The notes beneath the pieces are model-generated. The model ran no database searches, was not told the DNA's origin, and saw nothing but the letters and a program-made list of their open reading frames with translations. The translations under genes were made by a program, and so were the position numbers. DNA of 64,000 nt from Escherichia coli (GTDB taxonomy: Bacteria; Pseudomonadota; Gammaproteobacteria; Enterobacterales; Enterobacteriaceae). The stretch is from the NCBI RefSeq assembly GCF_030013205.1, contig NZ_CP122648.1. One strand, written 5' to 3'. Below are positions 44,661-56,401 of the stretch, in pieces; within the stretch, counting starts at the first letter, position 1; every line of letters begins with the position of its first letter.

Positions 44661-44687
44661 CTTAACATCTGAGTTTGATGTTAAAAC

Positions 44688-44763
44688 TGGTGGGTCGTGC
44701 AGGATTCGAACCTGCGACCAATTGATTAAAAGTCAACTGCTCTACCAACTGAGCTAACGACCC
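44688..44763 (-). tRNA. tRNA-Lys(UUU)
   Basis: Identical copy of the 76-nt tRNA-Lys sequence. Confidence 0.93.
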
Positions 44764-44765
44764 GG

Positions 44766-44841
44766 TGGTGGGTGATGACGGGATCGAACCGCCGACCCCC
44801 TCCTTGTAAGGGAGGTGCTCTCCCAGCTGAGCTAATCACCC
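44766..44841 (-). tRNA. tRNA-Val(UAC)
   Basis: Reverse complement equals the recalled E. coli tRNA-Val1 (GGGTGATTAGCTCAGCTGGGAGAGCACCTCCCTTACAAGGAGGGGGTCGGCGGTTCGATCCCGTCATCACCCACCA); 2 nt from the adjacent tRNA-Lys. Confidence 0.93.
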
Positions 44842-44876
44842 GATACTACGCTGGATACTACAACTAACTAGGTTAG

Positions 44877-44950
44877 TGGTGGGTCGTGCAGGATGACTCG
44901 ACTTCGTCTCGCCCTTCGGGCCGTTGCTGACGCAACGTTATCCTTCACGT
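44877..44950 (-). repeat. Spacer unit: truncated tRNA-Lys 3' end fused to the conserved repeat (second copy)
   Basis: TGGTGGGTCGTGCAGGA followed by TGACTCGACTTCGTCTCGCCCTTCGGGCCGTTGCTGACGCAACGTTATCCTTCACG. Confidence 0.5.
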
Positions 44951-44976
44951 TTTACTACCGCTTCCACCTTAGCGAT

Positions 44977-45052
44977 TGGTGGGTCGTGCAGGATTCGAAC
45001 CTGCGACCAATTGATTAAAAGTCAACTGCTCTACCAACTGAGCTAACGACCC
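44977..45052 (-). tRNA. tRNA-Lys(UUU), first gene of the operon
   Basis: Identical 76-nt tRNA-Lys sequence. Confidence 0.93.
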
Positions 45053-45089
45053 ACTTTTTCGTTGCTTTCGGTTTGTTTGATATCCCGTG

Positions 45090-45125
45090 GCAACGGCGGC
45101 ATATATTACTGATTTCAGACTTGAG
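45090..45125 (-). promoter_or_regulatory. Putative tRNA operon promoter
   Basis: On the minus strand: TTGCGC, 16-bp spacer, TAATAT, then GC-rich discriminator, with an AT-rich upstream region. Confidence 0.4.
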
Positions 45126-45216
45126 CGCAACAAAAATTTCGATGTAGATCACTCAACTGCTTATGATTCGCACGACACGACCAGAAATAATGCGACTTCT
45201 GGTCGTGTGTTATGCA

Positions 45217-46008
45217 TTACATCGCGTTCAGACGTTTTTGCGCCTGTTTAGCGCCATCAGTACCAGGGTATTTACTGATAACCTGCTGGTATACGGCTTT
45301 CGCTTTTGCGGTGTCACCTTTGTCCTGCATGATGACGCCGACTTTAAACATCGCATCTGCAGCCTTCGGTGACTTCGGATAGTTTTTCACTACCGAAGCA
45401 AAATAATACGCAGCGTCATCTTTTTTACCCTTGTTGTAGTTTAACTGACCCAGCCAATAATTGGCGTTTGGCAGGTAAGTTGAATCAGGGTAATTTTTGA
45501 TGAAATTCTGAAATGCCACCATTGCGTCATCCTGGCGGGATTTATCCTGCACCAGCGCAATAGCTGCATTGTAATCCGTGTTTGCATCACCGCTTTTCAC
45601 CGGCGCGCCAGCATTCGCAGTACCAGCATCAGCTGTCGGCGTCGTTGATGCCGCCGCACCGCTTTGATCGCCGCTGGTTGATTGCGCCGCTGCACCACCG
45701 CTGCTGAGGCTATCGATCTGCAACAGGATCTGCTTTTGCCGCTCCATGACCTGATTCAGTTGATACTGATTTTCCTGAATCTGACCACGCAGGGAATCAA
45801 TATCGGATTGATTATCAGAGAGTTGTTGCTGGAGTTGGGTTAAAAGCTGGCTGTGAGCATTTGAAATACGCTCAAGTTGAGTGACGCGGTCTTCGACCGA
45901 GCCTGAGCCGACACTACTGATTGGTGCCTGAGCAAAAGCGGCCCAGGGGGCCGCTATACCAACCAGTAACGACAGACTCAATAGTTGATGTCTGAAGTTA
46001 CTGCTCAT
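45217..46008 (-). CDS. cpoB: Cell division coordinator CpoB (YbgF), TPR protein
   Basis: 263 aa with signal peptide, coiled coil and TPR-like C-terminus; last gene of the tol-pal cluster. Confidence 0.93.
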   Translation of the reverse strand: MSSNFRHQLLSLSLLVGIAAPWAAFAQAPISSVGSGSVEDRVTQLERISNAHSQLLTQLQQQLSDNQSDIDSLRGQIQENQYQLNQVMERQKQILLQIDSLSSGGAAAQSTSGDQSGAAASTTPTADAGTANAGAPVKSGDANTDYNAAIALVQDKSRQDDAMVAFQNFIKNYPDSTYLPNANYWLGQLNYNKGKKDDAAYYFASVVKNYPKSPKAADAMFKVGVIMQDKGDTAKAKAVYQQVISKYPGTDGAKQAQKRLNAM

Positions 46009-46017
46009 GCAATTCTC

Positions 46018-46563
<546 letters not shown>

Positions 46564-46573
46564 TTAATTATTA

Positions 46574-47866
46574 TCACAGATACGGCGACCAGGCAGGGAA
46601 TTTGACCTGTCCATCAGTTGCCGGAAGACGCGCTTTGAAACGCCCATCTGTAGAAACCAAATTCAGCACGGATCCCATCCCCTGAGAAGAGCTGTAGATT
46701 ACCATAGTGCCGTTAGGTGCCAGACTTGGCGTTTCATCCAGGAACGTGGACGACAGAACTTGTACGCCTCCCGTTGCCAGATCTTGTTTGGCAATGTGCT
46801 GCTGCCCACCATTGGAGCTGACCATTACCATAAATTTACCGTCGCTGCTGACATCCGCATCCTGGTTCTGCGAACCTTCCCAGGTAATACGTTGTGGCGC
46901 ACCGCCGTTGATATTCACTTTATAAACCTGTGGACGACCGGCCTGGTCAGAAGTAAATGCCAGGTTCTGGCTGTCCGGGAACCAGGTCGGTTCGGTATTG
47001 TTACTGCGACCATCCGTCACCTGGCGGATCTGACCAGAAGCCAAATCCATTACGTACAGGTTCAGACTACCGGTTTTCGACAAGGCGAATGCCAGTTTGC
47101 TGCCGTCTGGCGAGAATGCAGGTGCACCGTTGTGACGCGGGAATGAAGCCACCTGACGTACAGCGCCATTTGCCAGCGTTTGGATGACCAGCGCGGAACG
47201 ACCGCTTTCGAAGGTCACATAAGCCAGTTTAGAACCGTCTGGTGACCACGCCGGAGACATCAGCGGCTGCGGTGAACGGTGAACGACAAACTGGTTGTAA
47301 CCGTCATAGTCAGATACGCGCAGTTCATACGGGAACTGACCGCCGTTGGTCTGAACAACGTAGGCAATACGGGTACGGAACGCACCTTTAATGCCGGTCA
47401 GTTTTTCAAACACTTCATCACTGGCGGTATGACCAGCATAACGCAGCCACTGCTTGTTCACTTTGTACGAGTTCTGAGCAAGTACAGTACCCGGTGCGCC
47501 GCCAGTGTCAACAAGTTGATAAGCAACATTGTAAGAACCATCCGGATTCGGAGTGACCTGACCGACAACTACAGCGTCAATGCCCAGTGCGGACCATGCA
47601 GCTGGTTGTACTTCCTGCGCACTACCCGGCTGCTGTGGCAGACGAGCGCGATCTAACGGATTAAATTTACCGCTGTTACGCAAGTCGGCAGCAACGATGC
47701 CGCCAATATCTTCAGGTGCCGCACCAGGGCCCGCCCACTGGAAAGGAACAACTCCAATAGGACGACCGGAATCTACACCGCTGTCGATCACAATGCGGAC
47801 TTCAGCATGCAGAACTGATGCCCACAGTATGAGAAAACCAAATGCTACTCGTAATGCCTGCTTCAT
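46574..47866 (-). CDS. tolB: Tol-Pal system periplasmic protein TolB
   Basis: 430-aa beta-propeller protein with signal peptide; start at MKQALRVAF, one codon inside the track ORF. Confidence 0.93.
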   Translation of the reverse strand: MKQALRVAFGFLILWASVLHAEVRIVIDSGVDSGRPIGVVPFQWAGPGAAPEDIGGIVAADLRNSGKFNPLDRARLPQQPGSAQEVQPAAWSALGIDAVVVGQVTPNPDGSYNVAYQLVDTGGAPGTVLAQNSYKVNKQWLRYAGHTASDEVFEKLTGIKGAFRTRIAYVVQTNGGQFPYELRVSDYDGYNQFVVHRSPQPLMSPAWSPDGSKLAYVTFESGRSALVIQTLANGAVRQVASFPRHNGAPAFSPDGSKLAFALSKTGSLNLYVMDLASGQIRQVTDGRSNNTEPTWFPDSQNLAFTSDQAGRPQVYKVNINGGAPQRITWEGSQNQDADVSSDGKFMVMVSSNGGQQHIAKQDLATGGVQVLSSTFLDETPSLAPNGTMVIYSSSQGMGSVLNLVSTDGRFKARLPATDGQVKFPAWSPYL

Positions 47867-47998
47867 CATATCTCCCTTATCTGGACCGATGGCCCACGAT
47901 AATTTAGCAGAATGTTAACAAACTAAAATACACAAAACTACCAGAACCCCGTGGCAACCGGTGCCTGATGTTGACCGTCGGAACAGTCAACATCGCGA

Positions 47999-49264
47999 TT
48001 ACGGTTTGAAGTCCAATGGCGCGTTTTTGAACACTTCATATACTGCCTGGCTTGGTGGTTTCGGGATCTTCGCAAGTTTAGCTGCTGCCAACGCAGCCTG
48101 ACAAAGTGCGGGATCGCCACCTTCAGGTTTGATATCCAGTAACATACCATCGGGTGCCAGTTTTATGCGCAGCGTACAGGTTTTGCCTGCATAGGACGAT
48201 GCGTCGTAGAACTTACTTTCGATAGCAGATTTAATCTGCCCGGCATAGTTATTGATATCGGCCCCTGATGCGCCATTGTTTTTAGTATTACCACTCCCAG
48301 CAGGCGAAGCATTGTTCCCTTTCGCCCCTCCCCCCGTTTTCGGTGCATTCTTACCAGAGCTTAGCTCACCGAAAATATCATCTGCCTCTGCGGCAGCTTT
48401 TGCTGCAGCGGCTTTTTCAGCTGCTGCTTTTGCCGCTGCCGCTTTTTTGTCTGCGGCGGCTTTTTCTGCCGCTGCTTTTTTATCAGCTGCTGCCTTTTCA
48501 GCAGCCGCTTTTTCTGCTGCTTTTTTGTCGGCTGCAGCTTTCTCTGCTGCCGCTTTCTTATCAGCTGCAGCCTTTTCAGCAGCCGCTTTCTTCTCAGCTT
48601 CTGCCTTGGCTTTTTCAGCAGCTTCAGTTGCTGCTTTCTTTCTTGCTTCAGCTGCAGCTGCTTCTGCCGCTTCCGCTTTCTTCTTCAGTGCCGCCGCGGC
48701 TGCCTCGGCTTTTTTCTGCGCTTCGGCTGCGGCTTTGGCGGCTTCTGCTTCTGCTTTTTTCTTCGCGTCTGCAGCCGCTTTCTTCGCTGCTTCTTCCGCA
48801 GCTTTAGCATCCGCTTCGGCCTTCGCTTTAGCATCTGCCGCCGCTTTCGCTGCCGCTTCTTCCGCTTGCTTCTGCTTTAACTCGGCCTGTTTTGCGGCTT
48901 CTTCAGCCTGCTTTTTCTGTTCCTGAGCAGCTAACCGCTCTTTCTCAAGTTGCTTCAGGCGTTCCTGTTCAGCCGCTTGTTTCTCACGCAGTTCTTCAGC
49001 AGCCTGCTGTTCCTTCATCTTGCGCTGCTCATCAGAACGCTTCGCGCTTGATTCCTGGCTTTGCATGCGTTTGTACTGCTCAACTACCGCACCTGAATCA
49101 ACCATGACAGCGTCGATGGATGAACCACCGCCGCCTCCGGCTGAAGCTTCTATATTCTCATCGAACGAACTCCAGATCAGCGCCGCAAATAAGATGACAT
49201 GCAGCACTGCTGAAATAATTATCGCCCGCTTGAGCTTGTCGTTTTGTTCGGTTGCCTTTGACAC
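47999..49264 (-). CDS. tolA: Tol-Pal system protein TolA
   Basis: 421 aa: N-terminal TM anchor, long Ala/Lys/Glu-rich helical domain II, C-terminal domain III. Confidence 0.93.
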   Translation of the reverse strand: MSKATEQNDKLKRAIIISAVLHVILFAALIWSSFDENIEASAGGGGGSSIDAVMVDSGAVVEQYKRMQSQESSAKRSDEQRKMKEQQAAEELREKQAAEQERLKQLEKERLAAQEQKKQAEEAAKQAELKQKQAEEAAAKAAADAKAKAEADAKAAEEAAKKAAADAKKKAEAEAAKAAAEAQKKAEAAAAALKKKAEAAEAAAAEARKKAATEAAEKAKAEAEKKAAAEKAAADKKAAAEKAAADKKAAEKAAAEKAAADKKAAAEKAAADKKAAAAKAAAEKAAAAKAAAEADDIFGELSSGKNAPKTGGGAKGNNASPAGSGNTKNNGASGADINNYAGQIKSAIESKFYDASSYAGKTCTLRIKLAPDGMLLDIKPEGGDPALCQAALAAAKLAKIPKPPSQAVYEVFKNAPLDFKP

Positions 49265-49328
49265 TCTCGGTTTCCAAAAACTGTTCGCCTGTTACCCGCT
49301 CTCTTTCAAGCAAGGGAAACGCAGATGT

Positions 49329-49757
49329 TTAGATAGGCTGCGTCATTAAACCAACCGATTTCACACCCGCACTATGTAACAAGTTCAGTGCTTTAATTAT
49401 TTCATCGTAAGGCACATCTTTTGCGCCACCGATCAGAAAGACCGTTTTCGGGTTGGCCTTGAAACGGCTGGACACTTCCGCCACCACCTGCTCTGGTGGT
49501 AAACGCTCCAGGCGATCTTTCTCAACCACCACGGTGTACTGACCAATACCAGACACTTCAACAATCACTGGCGGATTATCGTTACTGCTCACCGCCTGTG
49601 ATTCAGTAGCGTCTGGCAGATCGACCTCCACGCTCTGGGTGATGATGGGCGCTGTCGCCATAAAGATCAGCAACAGCACCAGCAGTACGTCCAGCAACGG
49701 TACAATGTTGATTTCGGACTTGAGATCGCGACGACCTCGTCCACGCGCTCTGGCCAT
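49329..49757 (-). CDS. tolR: Tol-Pal system protein TolR
   Basis: 142 aa, single TM; ExbD/TolR family. Confidence 0.93.
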   Translation of the reverse strand: MARARGRGRRDLKSEINIVPLLDVLLVLLLIFMATAPIITQSVEVDLPDATESQAVSSNDNPPVIVEVSGIGQYTVVVEKDRLERLPPEQVVAEVSSRFKANPKTVFLIGGAKDVPYDEIIKALNLLHSAGVKSVGLMTQPI

Positions 49758-49760
49758 GGC

Positions 49761-50854
<1,094 letters not shown>

Positions 50855-50952
50855 TTTACATCCCGGTAATGCAACAAAAGTTAGAGCTTTTAAACGCTGC
50901 TACTATACGCGCGCGATTGAGGTTTGGGAATGAGGGCAAGTTAAGGGAGCGT

Positions 50953-50988
50953 AAAAATTTATGGGCCTGAAGCGGCCCATAAATTTTT
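50953..50988 (-). terminator. Intrinsic terminator after ybgE
   Basis: ATTTATGGGCC-TGAAGC-GGCCCATAAAT flanked by T/A tracts (bidirectional shape). Confidence 0.6.
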
Positions 50989-51003
50989 AAAGAGAATTCT
51001 GAT

Positions 51004-51297
51004 TTAAAAGAAGAAGAAAATCAGCCCGACAATGAGAACAATATCGGCAAGCAAAGGGCAAAAAATCCCTTGCCAGAGAACCTTCTGCGGACGAAAGCCC
51101 ACGCCGTGAATAACACCAGCACAGACGGCCCACATCAGCAATAAACCATGCCAGATTTCCAGTTCACTGGTCTTCGCGGCGAAACGTGACGGGTCCCAAA
51201 ACATACATCCTGCTAACAGAAGCGCCATCACGAAGGAAAGCGCCCGCAGGGGGCGCTTGTCCATTACCGCATACAAGGTTGCGATAATCTTACTCAT
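51004..51297 (-). CDS. ybgE: Small membrane protein YbgE
   Basis: 97 aa, downstream of cydX. Confidence 0.9.
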   Translation of the reverse strand: MSKIIATLYAVMDKRPLRALSFVMALLLAGCMFWDPSRFAAKTSELEIWHGLLLMWAVCAGVIHGVGFRPQKVLWQGIFCPLLADIVLIVGLIFFFF

Positions 51298-51410
51298 CAG
51301 ATGTCTTCTTGACCGGCTTTGCCTGATTCGACGTGCTCAAGCGCCAGCGCGGTGATTACCCCAAACGAACAGGCAAGAAGCGTTCCCAGAATCCATGCGA
51401 AATACCACAT
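51297..51410 (-). CDS. cydX: Cytochrome bd-I accessory subunit CydX, 37 aa (not in ORF track)
   Basis: Hand translation MWYFAWILGTLLACSFGVITALALEHVESGKAGQEDI; 14 bp after the cydB stop, overlapping the ybgE start by 1 nt. Confidence 0.85.
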   Translation of the reverse strand: MWYFAWILGTLLACSFGVITALALEHVESGKAGQEDI

Positions 51411-51424
51411 TTTTAGCTCCTTAC

Positions 51425-52564
51425 TTAGTACAGAGAGTGGGTGTTACGTTCAATATCTTCTTTGGTGATACGACCGAACATTTTCCAGTAACACCAGGCG
51501 GTGTAGAGCAGAATGATCGGTACCAGAACCACCGCAACCCAGGTCATGACGTTAAGTGTCAGCTGGCTGGAAGTTGCATCCCACATTGTCAGACTTGCGT
51601 TCATCATGGTGCTGGACGGCATCACAAACGGGAACATTGCGATACCGGCAGTCAGGATGATGCAGGCCAGCGTCAGGGAGGAGAACACAAACGCCCACGC
51701 GGCTTTATCCATACGTGCAGTCAGGATGGTCAGCAGCGGCAGAACCACACCCAGTGCCGGAATAGCCCACAGAATTGGCGTGTTGTTGAAGTTTACCAGC
51801 CATGCGCCAGCTTCACGAACCACTTCTTTATTCAGCGGGTTAGAGGCTGCGTAATGGTCCATTGTCGATTTCACGACATAACCATCGATACCGTACATCA
51901 CCCATACGCCAGCCAGTGCGAAGCAGACCAGTGTCACCAGTGCCGCCACCTGAGCCGTTGCACGGGTACGCAGGTGCAGTTCGCCCACGGTACGCATTTG
52001 CAGGTAAGTCGCGCCCTGAGTAATGATCATTCCTACGCTCACCACGCCAGCCAGCAGGCCGAACGGGTTAAGCAGCTGGAAGAAGTTACCGGTGTAGTAC
52101 AGACGCAGATATTCATCAACGTTGAACGGTACGCCCTGCAACAGGTTACCGAACGCCACACCAATCACCAGCGGCGGAACGAAGCTACCAATGAAGATGC
52201 CCCAGTCCCACATGTTACGCCAGCGGGTTTCTTCAATCTTGGAGCGGTAGTCAAAACCGACCGGACGGAAGAACAAAGATGCCAGCACGAGGATCATCGC
52301 CACATAGAAGCCGGAGAACGCAGCGGCATAGACCATCGGCCAGGCAGCAAAGAGTGCGCCGCCCGCGGTGATCAGCCAAACCTGGTTACCGTCCCAGTGT
52401 GGTGCAATGGAGTTAATCATAATTCGACGCTCGGTGTCGTTACGACCGAGGAAACGGGTGAGCATGCCCACCCCCATGTCGAAACCGTCAGTGACTGCAA
52501 AACCAATCAGCAGAACGCCAACCAGCAGCCACCAGATAAAACGCAATACTTCATAATCGATCAT
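51425..52564 (-). CDS. cydB: Cytochrome bd-I ubiquinol oxidase subunit II
   Basis: 379-aa polytopic membrane protein. Confidence 0.95.
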   Translation of the reverse strand: MIDYEVLRFIWWLLVGVLLIGFAVTDGFDMGVGMLTRFLGRNDTERRIMINSIAPHWDGNQVWLITAGGALFAAWPMVYAAAFSGFYVAMILVLASLFFRPVGFDYRSKIEETRWRNMWDWGIFIGSFVPPLVIGVAFGNLLQGVPFNVDEYLRLYYTGNFFQLLNPFGLLAGVVSVGMIITQGATYLQMRTVGELHLRTRATAQVAALVTLVCFALAGVWVMYGIDGYVVKSTMDHYAASNPLNKEVVREAGAWLVNFNNTPILWAIPALGVVLPLLTILTARMDKAAWAFVFSSLTLACIILTAGIAMFPFVMPSSTMMNASLTMWDATSSQLTLNVMTWVAVVLVPIILLYTAWCYWKMFGRITKEDIERNTHSLY

Positions 52565-52579
52565 TTGACGACTCCTGTC

Positions 52580-54148
52580 TTAGCGTGCCGGCTGAGTAGT
52601 CGTGGAAGACTGCTCAAAGTGATAGCGACCGGTTTTCAGGCTGCTTGGGCCGAGGCGTGCATACTTGAACATTAAGAACAATTCTGCCACCAGGAACAGG
52701 GTATACAGGCCGCAAATCAGCACCATTGAGAAGATGAGATCGCCTGCGGTCAGTGACGAGTTCGCCACAGCTGTCGGCAGCACTTCACCGATAGCCCACG
52801 GTTGGCGGCCATATTCAGCCACGAACCAGCCCGCTTCTACAGCAATCCACGGCAGCGGAATACCGTACAGCGCGGCGCGCAGCAGCCATTTTTTCTCGCC
52901 AATGCGGTTGCGGATGACACTCCAGAAAGAGAGCGCGATGATTGCCAGCAGCAGGAAGCCACACGCCACCATGATACGGAACGCGAAGTACAGCGGCGCT
53001 ACACGCGGAATGGAGTCTTTGGTTGCCTGTTGAATCTGCGCTTCAGTCGCATCCGCCACGTTTGGCGTATAGCGTTTCAGCAGCAGACCGTAACCGAGGT
53101 CTTTCTTCATGCTATTGAACTGGTCACGAACCGCCTGGTCGGTAGAACCAGAACGCAGTTGTTCGAGCAGAGAGTACGCCTTCATCCCGTTACGAATGCG
53201 TTCTTCATGCTGCACCATCAGCTCTTTCAGGCCGATAACCGGGGTATCCACGGAACGCGTTGCAATGATGCCCAGTGCGTAAGGGATCTGGATTGCAAAT
53301 TTGTTCGTCTCCTCTTCCTGATCAGGAATGCCGAACAGAGTAAAGGCAGCAGGTGCAGGTTGCGTTTCCCACTCGGCTTCAATAGCAGCCAGTTTGGTTT
53401 TCTGCACGTCGCCCATTTCGTAACCAGATTCATCACCCAGAACAATAACAGACAGAACGGCAGCCATACCGAAGCTGGCAGCGATAGCAAAGGAGCGTTT
53501 AGCGAAGGCGAAGTCACGACCTTTCAGCATATACCATGCGCTGATACCGAGGATGAACATCGCGCCAGTCACATAACCAGAGGCTACAGTGTGAACGAAT
53601 TTCACCTGAGCAACCGGGTTAAGCACCAGCTCGGAGAAGCTCACCATCTCCATACGCATAGTTTCAAAGTTGAAATCGGATGCGATTGGGTTTTGCATCC
53701 AGCCGTTCGCAACCAGAATCCACAGTGCGGACAGGTTTGAACCGAGCGCCACCAGCCAGGTGACACACATATGCTGAACTTTACCCAGACGATCCCAACC
53801 GAAGAAGAACAGACCTACAAAGGTGGATTCGAGGAAGAAGGCCATCAGACCTTCGATTGCCAGCGGCGCACCGAAGATATCCCCTACATAGTGGGAATAG
53901 TAAGACCAGTTAGTCCCGAACTGGAACTCCATGGTCAGACCGGTAGCCACACCCAGAGCGAAGTTGATACCAAACAACTTGCCCCAGAACTTGGTCATAT
54001 CTTTATAAATCTGTTTGCCGGAAAGGACGTAGACCGTTTCCATAATGGCCAGCAGGAACGCCATACCGAGCGTCAGTGGCACAAAAAGGAAGTGGTACAT
54101 CGCGGTCAAGGCAAACTGTAAGCGCGACAGTTCGACTATATCTAACAT
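52580..54148 (-). CDS. cydA: Cytochrome bd-I ubiquinol oxidase subunit I
   Basis: Start at [12 protein letters not shown] (522 aa), one codon inside the track ORF. Confidence 0.95.
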   Translation of the reverse strand: MLDIVELSRLQFALTAMYHFLFVPLTLGMAFLLAIMETVYVLSGKQIYKDMTKFWGKLFGINFALGVATGLTMEFQFGTNWSYYSHYVGDIFGAPLAIEGLMAFFLESTFVGLFFFGWDRLGKVQHMCVTWLVALGSNLSALWILVANGWMQNPIASDFNFETMRMEMVSFSELVLNPVAQVKFVHTVASGYVTGAMFILGISAWYMLKGRDFAFAKRSFAIAASFGMAAVLSVIVLGDESGYEMGDVQKTKLAAIEAEWETQPAPAAFTLFGIPDQEEETNKFAIQIPYALGIIATRSVDTPVIGLKELMVQHEERIRNGMKAYSLLEQLRSGSTDQAVRDQFNSMKKDLGYGLLLKRYTPNVADATEAQIQQATKDSIPRVAPLYFAFRIMVACGFLLLAIIALSFWSVIRNRIGEKKWLLRAALYGIPLPWIAVEAGWFVAEYGRQPWAIGEVLPTAVANSSLTAGDLIFSMVLICGLYTLFLVAELFLMFKYARLGPSSLKTGRYHFEQSSTTTQPAR

Positions 54149-54953
54149 CATGACTCCTTGCTCATCGCATGAAGACTCCGAGAGTGAACCCCGTTAGAAA
54201 GGGTCACACGCATGCCCCAATACAAAATTATTTGCTCGCCTCTATCGTTGCCATTTCATCAAAAGAGGAAAAGACAATGATAAAAAAGTTACAAATATGT
54301 TAATGAATAAACCAAATTGATCCCGTAATTATATTACGCCGCAAAATCCTTACAATAAACAGGTTTTTATTGAGCAAATTTGCATTTTTCGACAGTGATC
54401 AATTTATAGCGAAATTGTCACGATCTCACCAATTTGATCTACGACAATTTATCGTGTTTTGCAGATTTTTTTCAAGAATTAAAAATTGATTTATATCAAA
54501 ACCAACCAAATATGTTAATTATGTATAAACCATAGATCATTGGTGATTTTATTGTTAATTTATTGTGAAATATTTATGCAACACAATTATTACAATGAAA
54601 AGGTATAGATAAAAAACCAGTGTTTTATTTAACAGAACCGCCTTATCCACTTTTTATAATACCAATTGATTAGATTAGCCAATTTGTTGCTATTTTACAT
54701 AACATATTTTTATCAAAGTTAATTGATTGTTGCGTTTATGAGCACCGGCCGTAAGCCCGTTATGTTATTGTTTCATTAGTAATAATCACTTAAATGTATC
54801 GATGAAACAGGTATGACTTAGCGGGAGTGATTGTTTCTGAGTGAACAGAGACCACTTTCGCCTGATAAATGAAAAATGAGCGATTTTTGCAAGTTAGTTT
54901 TTCTATAGCCGAGTACGCTCAGCGCCTCGCTTGATTACAATGAGGTTGCTGCT
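54149..54953. promoter_or_regulatory. Long AT-rich region upstream of cydA (cydAB control region) merging into accessory DNA
   Basis: About 800 bp of AT-rich non-coding DNA with TTGAT-containing motifs; cydAB is known to have a complex FNR/ArcA-regulated promoter. Individual sites not resolved. Confidence 0.4.
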
Positions 54954-55898
54954 ATGAGTCCTGATAATATCAGTTCTGCTGTCAATCGCTTCTCAGGTTG
55001 GCCATCTAATGATCCTCTAAAAACAGATAAAGAATCAATGACATCACCCATGACTGTGCAGGTAATAAAGATGATTGCCGCCATCCTTGACCCACATCGG
55101 ATAGTCGTTGGAATCGATACACTTTATACAACGCAGCGCGAAACATTTACCTCAGAGAGTCAACAGCTCATTGAATCAGCATTGCAAACACTTCATGTGA
55201 TGAATTTAAATAACCTGGAAACAAATCTCGATGAGGAAGGTCACTATCTGGCTTTTGGATATAACGTTGACACTCCTGACAGAATAACCGTTTCTGCTTA
55301 TAATGAAAAAAAGCCTGGCTGCTATGGCCAATGTCTTTTAATACAGGATGACGAAACAGACTTATTTAACCTGATAAAAGTTAAAATTTTTGAAGCCAGA
55401 CATAATTATGTCGCTCAATTGATGAGCGATCCGGAATTTATGTTCAAATTTAGTTATAGCGCTCAACAAAATAGATTAGAACCTCATCTTCTGGTTCCCA
55501 CTTATTTCCCTCTAAAAACAAACGAACCGGTTACGCAAGAGGATGTACTGTTACTTTATCGTTTCTTTAAAATGGATGGTGATTTTAATATATTAACATC
55601 AGATGAATACATGAGCATCATGACACCTCTGATGAAGTGTGAGCGCAGCATCCACGACCACAACAGGTATGTGACGGGCAAAGATACCCTTCTTCTGGAC
55701 TATCCTCCTTCTGGTAACCAGATATATTTCCATATTTTTCCTGACGAATCAGCAACACTAGTCCTTTATTTTTCAAACAATGACATTGAATGTTTCGTCT
55801 TTGAAAGAGATATTCCGAGCCAGTATCGCTTTTTCAAAATGTTTACCAATCTGGCACTGGTTATTGATCAGTTAACCGATGCCAATCAAATACTTTAA
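54954..55898 (+). CDS. Hypothetical protein (AT-rich accessory gene)
   Basis: 314-aa ORF with GAGG RBS; AT-rich codon usage unlike the flanking core genes; no motif recognised. Confidence 0.55.
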   Translation: MSPDNISSAVNRFSGWPSNDPLKTDKESMTSPMTVQVIKMIAAILDPHRIVVGIDTLYTTQRETFTSESQQLIESALQTLHVMNLNNLETNLDEEGHYLAFGYNVDTPDRITVSAYNEKKPGCYGQCLLIQDDETDLFNLIKVKIFEARHNYVAQLMSDPEFMFKFSYSAQQNRLEPHLLVPTYFPLKTNEPVTQEDVLLLYRFFKMDGDFNILTSDEYMSIMTPLMKCERSIHDHNRYVTGKDTLLLDYPPSGNQIYFHIFPDESATLVLYFSNNDIECFVFERDIPSQYRFFKMFTNLALVIDQLTDANQIL

Positions 55899-55978
55899 TT
55901 TTTATATATTCCCTGTGGCAAATATTGCTAAACAATGCCCGGGGATTAATTTTTATTACTCACGGAAAGATTTAAATA

Positions 55979-56401
55979 ATGATCCCATCTCAAATCTCTT
56001 TCAACACCCTTCCTGTCAATGCAACATACGCTTCAGAGACAACAGTTGACACACAAAAATTCTCTGACATCCTCTACTCAGCGGGGTGTTCCCTAAAGGA
56101 TCTGGCTTATCTGAGCAGATGTCTGGCATCAATACATCCGACTATCGCCAAAAACATTTATGAAACAGAAAATCTCAGCGATCAAAAATTACTACATATT
56201 GATTGCCGTAGTACAAATGAAATCAAGATAAATATCTTTTTTGGTCAACAACGAGAAGGATTAATTGAAATTAGTTCTGACACAGTCATTTTTTCGATAC
56301 TGTCTTCATTGATTGACTCCACCATTTCTAAATTTCAACACCAAAACCCCGTTAACGGTTCTGTAAATCCTGACCTATTGTATGAGGATTATACTGATTA
56401 A
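55979..56401 (+). CDS. Hypothetical protein (AT-rich accessory gene)
   Basis: 140-aa ORF immediately downstream, same strand, acidic C-terminus; no motif recognised. Confidence 0.5.
   Translation: MIPSQISFNTLPVNATYASETTVDTQKFSDILYSAGCSLKDLAYLSRCLASIHPTIAKNIYETENLSDQKLLHIDCRSTNEIKINIFFGQQREGLIEISSDTVIFSILSSLIDSTISKFQHQNPVNGSVNPDLLYEDYTD

Noticed and set aside
44591-44950. Reading the truncated tRNA-Lys 3' ends as attL/attR scars of an excised genomic island
   Set aside because: Both copies carry the same downstream repeat, lie between intact tRNA genes and have no integrase or cargo nearby; more likely native spacer architecture of this tRNA operon.
48360-48900. Tandem-repeat-like DNA, considered as a possible CRISPR or minisatellite
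   Set aside because: The periodicity lies within the tolA reading frame and encodes its repetitive helical domain; there is no repeat-spacer architecture.
48252-48926. Several long plus-strand ORFs (224 aa, 154 aa and others)
   Set aside because: Antisense to the Ala/Lys/Glu-rich repetitive domain II of tolA; the nucleotide repeats create long stop-free shadow frames.
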